DNA of 63,950 nt, the filler included, from Raillietiella orientalis (Eukaryota), in assembly GCA_036172245.1 (NCBI GenBank). It is 6 parts of 6 records of this genome, joined end to end, with 100 filler letters (N's around TTAATTAATTAA, not from the genome) between each part and the next. Parts side by side here need not be neighbours in the genome. Positions count along the whole stretch, not along the records: positions 59,347 to 63,950 come from JAYWIR010000338.1; 5 more parts are not named here. One strand, given 5' to 3'. This document shows, piece after piece, positions 61,689 to 63,950 of the stretch. How positions within the stretch are numbered: position 1 is the first letter of the stretch; the number at the start of each line of letters is the position of its first letter. Under the pieces are notes generated by a model that had not been told where the DNA came from, did no database searches, and saw only the letters and a program-made list of their open reading frames with translations. A program made the position numbers and the translations under genes.

Positions 61689-63932
61689 TTTCCCCAAGTC
61701 CTACGAGGGGTGGGCTAAATTTATTTTTCTAAAATTTTTCTATAGAAACATTCACACTAGAATCTCATCCATACCATTAGCACCTTTTTTTTTACCACTA
61801 TGAAGTCCTTGGGTTCTCACAAGTTCTGCACTCATGGTGGGTTTCCTACTGTTTGGTCCCGGGCGTCGTCTTCTATCCTCTTCAGGATGAATCGGTACGT
61901 CCAGGCGTGGATCTTCCCGCAGTTCCTGATGCCGATTTCCCTCTTCAAGAGCCCTTGTAGGATCTCCATCGGTGGTGCGACTCTCCTGGCTTTCCTCATT
62001 TTCCACCACCGCACAAGTATGGCGGTGATGAAGAGGGCGATGGTCGTCCTCACCATGGGATTGTAACAGGGAACATTACCATTCCCCTGAAACATCCCGG
62101 CGAGGATCTCCATTACGGATCTGTTCGTAAGTCCGATGATCCTTTTCAGGATCAGCCAGTCATGCAGCAATGTGGGACACGTCAAGACGTGAAGTCTCGT
62201 GTCGATGTCTCCACATGCTGTGCAGTCTCGATCTTCCCTTCTTCCGGTGTAGTGCTGCAATCGGGACCCACTCTGGATTCCTCCATGATAAAACATCAGG
62301 AGGTCATCCTGGGTGCCCGGCGGAAGGTCACTCCTCCAGAGCGTCGTGCCAATCGCTAACAGGTTGATCCGGTCACTCCCGTAGCGATCGGCGGCTTCCT
62401 GGAGGGCACTGATATCACTGTGTTCTTCTTGAATTAGTCTTCGGAGGTTTGTTTTGGTTACCCTGGACCACGCAAAGTCGTTGTGGTTGAACCACACTTC
62501 GCGAGTCATGTGGGTAAACCTTCCTAACATCATCTCTATATACCTAAGTATACGAGTGTGATGTAGGTACCCTCCTCGTTTCCACTCCTGGATTCGTTGA
62601 AGGGTAACTCTGGACCGCTGGTGGATCCAGCTTCTCGTGTCCGGCGGGACAGGAAGCATCCAAGGGATCACCAGGATGGACTCGTCCTGCCAGAGTTCCC
62701 TACTTCTCGGCACGATCTTGATTTTGTGCTTTCGCACCAGCCGTTGCTTCCTCGTCCAGGTTGGGTCGATTTTTTTCCATACGCCTGCTCGGCCTAGCAG
62801 CGCAGTCATCAGGCCTTTCGAGTTGTTCAACAACAACGCGTAGGCCCTGTGCGCCGCATACGGCCAGTCATCCCAGTGAGTGGCAATGTCCAGGATGTGT
62901 CGCGTATCCATGATTTCTATGGAGTGTGCAAGCGACTTCATCCCGGAACCGCCTTCTTCCCTGGGACGACACAGGGGTTTTAGTCGGACTCTTGGGCGAT
63001 AGTGGCCCCACAGTGTTTTTCTCTGCAGCTTGTCGAACTCCCTCGTGGTTTCCTTGTTCATCCTCGCGAAGGCCGCCCCGAAGAGCACTTTTGGAAGGAG
63101 TACTCCGTTCCATATGTTGGCCTTTCGCTTCATTCCAAGGTCCGTTCGGGTGTACTTGGCTGCTTCCTTGGCCGTTTTCCCTAGGATCTCGGTCCACAAT
63201 AGCTTCGACGCGGAGACGTCGCCAATGTAGACACCCAGGTACTTGGCCTTGTCCACCGTTCGGAATCCTCTCCCCGCTAGAGTGGAGAGATCGAGGATTC
63301 CAACGGGCAAGAGCTGGCTTTTCTGGGCGTTGATCTTTAGACCCAGGCCTTGATCCATCAGGTCTACCACATCCAGAAACGCTCGTTGATTTCTCTCTCC
63401 CTTGATAAAGAAGAGTAGATCATCAGCGTATGCCAGATGGGTAAGACGCTGGCCATCGATTGTTATGCCTTGCAGTCGTCCGCTCTTCTCGATAAAGGAC
63501 GACAACGCCTCCATGTAGATGACGAACAGCATCGGACTTAGCGAATCGCCCTGCCGGACTCCCCGTTCCATCCGGATCACTGCAGTCTCCTGGCCGTTGA
63601 TTTTGATTCGGCAGTACTGCTTCTGGAGTACCACCCTCACAAAGTTGCTGAAGTGTTCCGGAAGGCCTAGCTTCTCCAGAACCTTCAGCAGCATCCCATA
63701 GTCGATGGAGTCGAAAGCCTTCTCCATGTTAGTGAATACCAGCGCAAGATTCTCGCCGACGTATCGGCTGAGTCCGACGGTGGCCTGGGCACACTTGACA
63801 TTGTCCGACATGTGACGTCCCGGGACTGCACACGTTTGGACCGGAGAGATGAGCCTCGACATGACCTTTCCTAAGCGGTTGGACCAGATCTTCGCCAACC
63901 ACTTGGCATCGGAGTTCAGGATCGAGATTGGC
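61689..63932 (-). mobile_element. Family A copy A3, 5'-truncated
   Basis: 3' UTR and ORF2 homologous to A1; homology ends at 63932, where family C sequence resumes. Confidence 0.93.
61832..63932 (-). CDS. A3 ORF2 partial, uninterrupted RT plus C-terminal zinc motif
   Basis: 688-aa open frame: GVRQGDSLSPMLF, YADD, KYLG, CTACGDIDTRLHVLTC. Confidence 0.85.
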
Positions 63933-63950
63933 TTGTCCGCTTCTGTGACC

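Overview
Invertebrate (metazoan) nuclear sequence. The window consists of six separate contigs joined by artificial 100-bp linkers (44 N + TTAATTAATTAA + 44 N), so adjacency across the gaps is not biological. Contig 1 (1-12223) carries a decayed ~3.4-kb mitochondrial insertion (trnT, trnP, nad1 pseudogene, rrnL, rrnS, AT-rich region) in otherwise unrecognisable DNA, plus one weak spliced-gene candidate. Contig 3 (24624-36692) is a ~43-copy 278-bp satellite. The other four contigs are dense nests of L1/Tx1-type non-LTR retrotransposons (CCHC gag-like ORF1; ORF2 with APE endonuclease, RT and C-terminal zinc motif) belonging to three groups, here called A, B and C. The main discovery is that family A sits antisense at the same nucleotide of the ORF1 gene of family C in three different contigs. 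One copy is flanked by a 13-bp target-site duplication (CCGACTCGGCAGT) overlapping a palindrome, and another copy has a different 5' junction, which suggests a retrotransposon that site-specifically targets another retrotransposon. Also notable are an unexplained array of ~14 similar stem-loops (21363-21974), hairpin-terminated element ends without poly(A), ATG-less ORF2 starts and unusually compact endonuclease domains.
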